Positions 62,736 through 64,000 of a DNA stretch of 64,000 nt are shown here, piece after piece (within the stretch, counting starts at the first letter, position 1; every line of letters starts with the position of its first letter). Made by a program: the position numbers and the translations under genes. Below the pieces are notes generated by a model, which was not told the DNA's origin, did not search any database, and saw only the letters and a program-made list of their open reading frames with translations. Origin of the DNA: a virus (taxonomy: Duplodnaviria > Caudoviricetes); IMG/VR virus record IMGVR_UViG_3300047160_005790, positions 1-64,000 of that record; one strand, 5' to 3'.

Positions 62736-63632
62736 TTAGTTGAAGGTAGCGCTACCACTGTACGTTCCTCTCGTTGCGTTGATGTCGAAGTGATCGGTGA
62801 CGGTGACGGTGTTGCAGGACACGCTGATCTTGGCTCCGAGCGGACAGGCGTGGAAGCTGAACACCGCTTGCAGGAACGGTCGCGGCGACGGCAACAATCC
62901 CCACGACCAGACCGGGTTGTTGTCGTACGTCCAGACCCAGCGAACAGCCGCTCCGATGCTCGGGTTGACGGACTGGCCGCCGATTCGAGTCACCTGCCCG
63001 TTAACGACGCAGACCTGCGCCGACACGATCGCGTGCCAGTATTCGTAGCCGGTGATGCGATCGTTGTAACGTACGCCGTCATGGAGATTGCCGAGCCGTC
63101 CTCCGGCCCCACAAGTTGACAGCGCAGTCGCCGCCAGGGCGGCCGAGAAGTCGATCGAGCCGTTGGGATCGTCCACGGTCAGGACCTGATTGTTCGGGCC
63201 GCCGCTGTTATTGTCGCCGTTCGGCGTCGGGTCGCAGGCGTTGCCGATCCCGTCGCCGTCGGTGTCCCACTGCTTGCCGTTGGGGAGGCCGGGCTGGCCG
63301 GCATTCCAGACCGTCGGACAGTTGTCCACGTTGTCGTGCCAACTGTCCCGGTCTTGATCGGACTGCGTCGGCGTGCAGGCGGTGTTGGTCATGATGTAAT
63401 GCCCGCCCTGATCGAACTCCATGCACGTCGTCGCGTCGTAGGCGTTGACGCCCGGATATGTTGGCCAGTATTGGCCGCTGCCGACGACTTCGAACGGCAT
63501 GAGCAACGGAACCTGCCCTCCACAGTCGCGCTGACAGTCCGACGCCTTCGCAGACGCCGAGGTTGCCACCGAACCAGCGAAGACGACTGTCAACGCTGAC
63601 GCGATGGCGAAGAAAGCAATCAGCTTTCTCAT
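62736..63632 (-). CDS. Secreted protein with thrombospondin type-3 Ca-binding repeats
   Basis: Signal peptide MRKLIAFFAIASAL...SASA; DQDRDSWHDNVDNCP...Q.DTDGDGIGNACD. Confidence 0.8.
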   Translation of the reverse strand: MRKLIAFFAIASALTVVFAGSVATSASAKASDCQRDCGGQVPLLMPFEVVGSGQYWPTYPGVNAYDATTCMEFDQGGHYIMTNTACTPTQSDQDRDSWHDNVDNCPTVWNAGQPGLPNGKQWDTDGDGIGNACDPTPNGDNNSGGPNNQVLTVDDPNGSIDFSAALAATALSTCGAGGRLGNLHDGVRYNDRITGYEYWHAIVSAQVCVVNGQVTRIGGQSVNPSIGAAVRWVWTYDNNPVWSWGLLPSPRPFLQAVFSFHACPLGAKISVSCNTVTVTDHFDINATRGTYSGSATFN

Positions 63633-63710
63633 TTGTACACCCTCCTATTGTATGCGGAACGTCATCGTGACGCTCCCGCCGCCTCAGTTGCACCGAGGCA
63701 GCGGCACCGT

Positions 63711-63905
63711 CTACATGCCTACTTGATACCCATTGTGATACCGATTGTGCCACCAGATGGCGAACTTGGTCGGGCCGTGTTCTCTCGACCAGATCGTCCA
63801 CCTGAAGACGATGTTCCAGATCCACTTCGGCGCCGGTTCGAGCACCTTATCGACCCAGGTATCGTGCGAGTGGCACCAGCCACACTTTGACTTGAACAAA
63901 AACAT
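63711..63905 (-). CDS. Small Trp/His-rich protein
   Basis: ATG after GAAAGG; CGWCH motif. Confidence 0.45.
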   Translation of the reverse strand: MFLFKSKCGWCHSHDTWVDKVLEPAPKWIWNIVFRWTIWSREHGPTKFAIWWHNRYHNGYQVGM

Positions 63906-64000
63906 GTTGCCTTTCTAGGGTTCGCGAGTCTTCACGAACCGATCGTATAGGACGACGCTGGTTGTCGCCGCGAGGTTAGTCTTCCTCTGGGAAATCGGCT

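Noticed and set aside
1-64000. Integrase, repressor, att site, tRNA or rRNA genes
   Set aside because: I could not recognise any by eye. A tRNAscan/HMM run is needed to exclude them formally, and the window may not be the entire genome.

Overview
The window is most or all of a high-GC tailed-phage genome. I found no integrase, tRNA, rRNA, CRISPR array or reverse transcriptase. The plus strand (1-42000) starts with an accessory/early region. It holds two free-standing winged-helix paralogs of the replicative helicase C-terminus among iteron-like repeats, a polysaccharide-lyase-like protein, NDT-like, NADAR and RuvC-like genes. The virion module follows: TerS, TerL, NlpC/P60 lysin, papain-like protease, portal, protease, scaffold, capsid, a 1394-aa repeat fibre, and neck. 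A contractile tail (sheath, tube, chaperone with a -1 frameshift site, tape measure, LysM, hub, gp25, baseplate J/I, fibres) and holin-like genes end it. The minus strand (42006-64000) holds replication and nucleotide-metabolism genes: HU, a secreted Rpf-like muralytic enzyme, DnaE with an HNH intein, two adjacent ThyX genes, an Nmad1-like protein, an FAD oxidoreductase, a primase-MCM helicase fusion, SSB, an AAA_24 ATPase, a GT-A glycosyltransferase, a PD-(D/E)XK nuclease and a secreted TSP3-repeat protein. An Actinomycetota host is inferred from GC content, GGAGG ribosome-binding sites and the Rpf-like gene; it is not proven. The strongest oddities are a DnaE intein followed by Asn (+1) instead of Cys/Ser/Thr, the helicase winged-helix paralogs, a candidate base-modification module with duplicated ThyX, and a cassette-like array of small genes joined by a stop/RBS/start repeat. 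All family names come from motif recognition by eye, not database searches.
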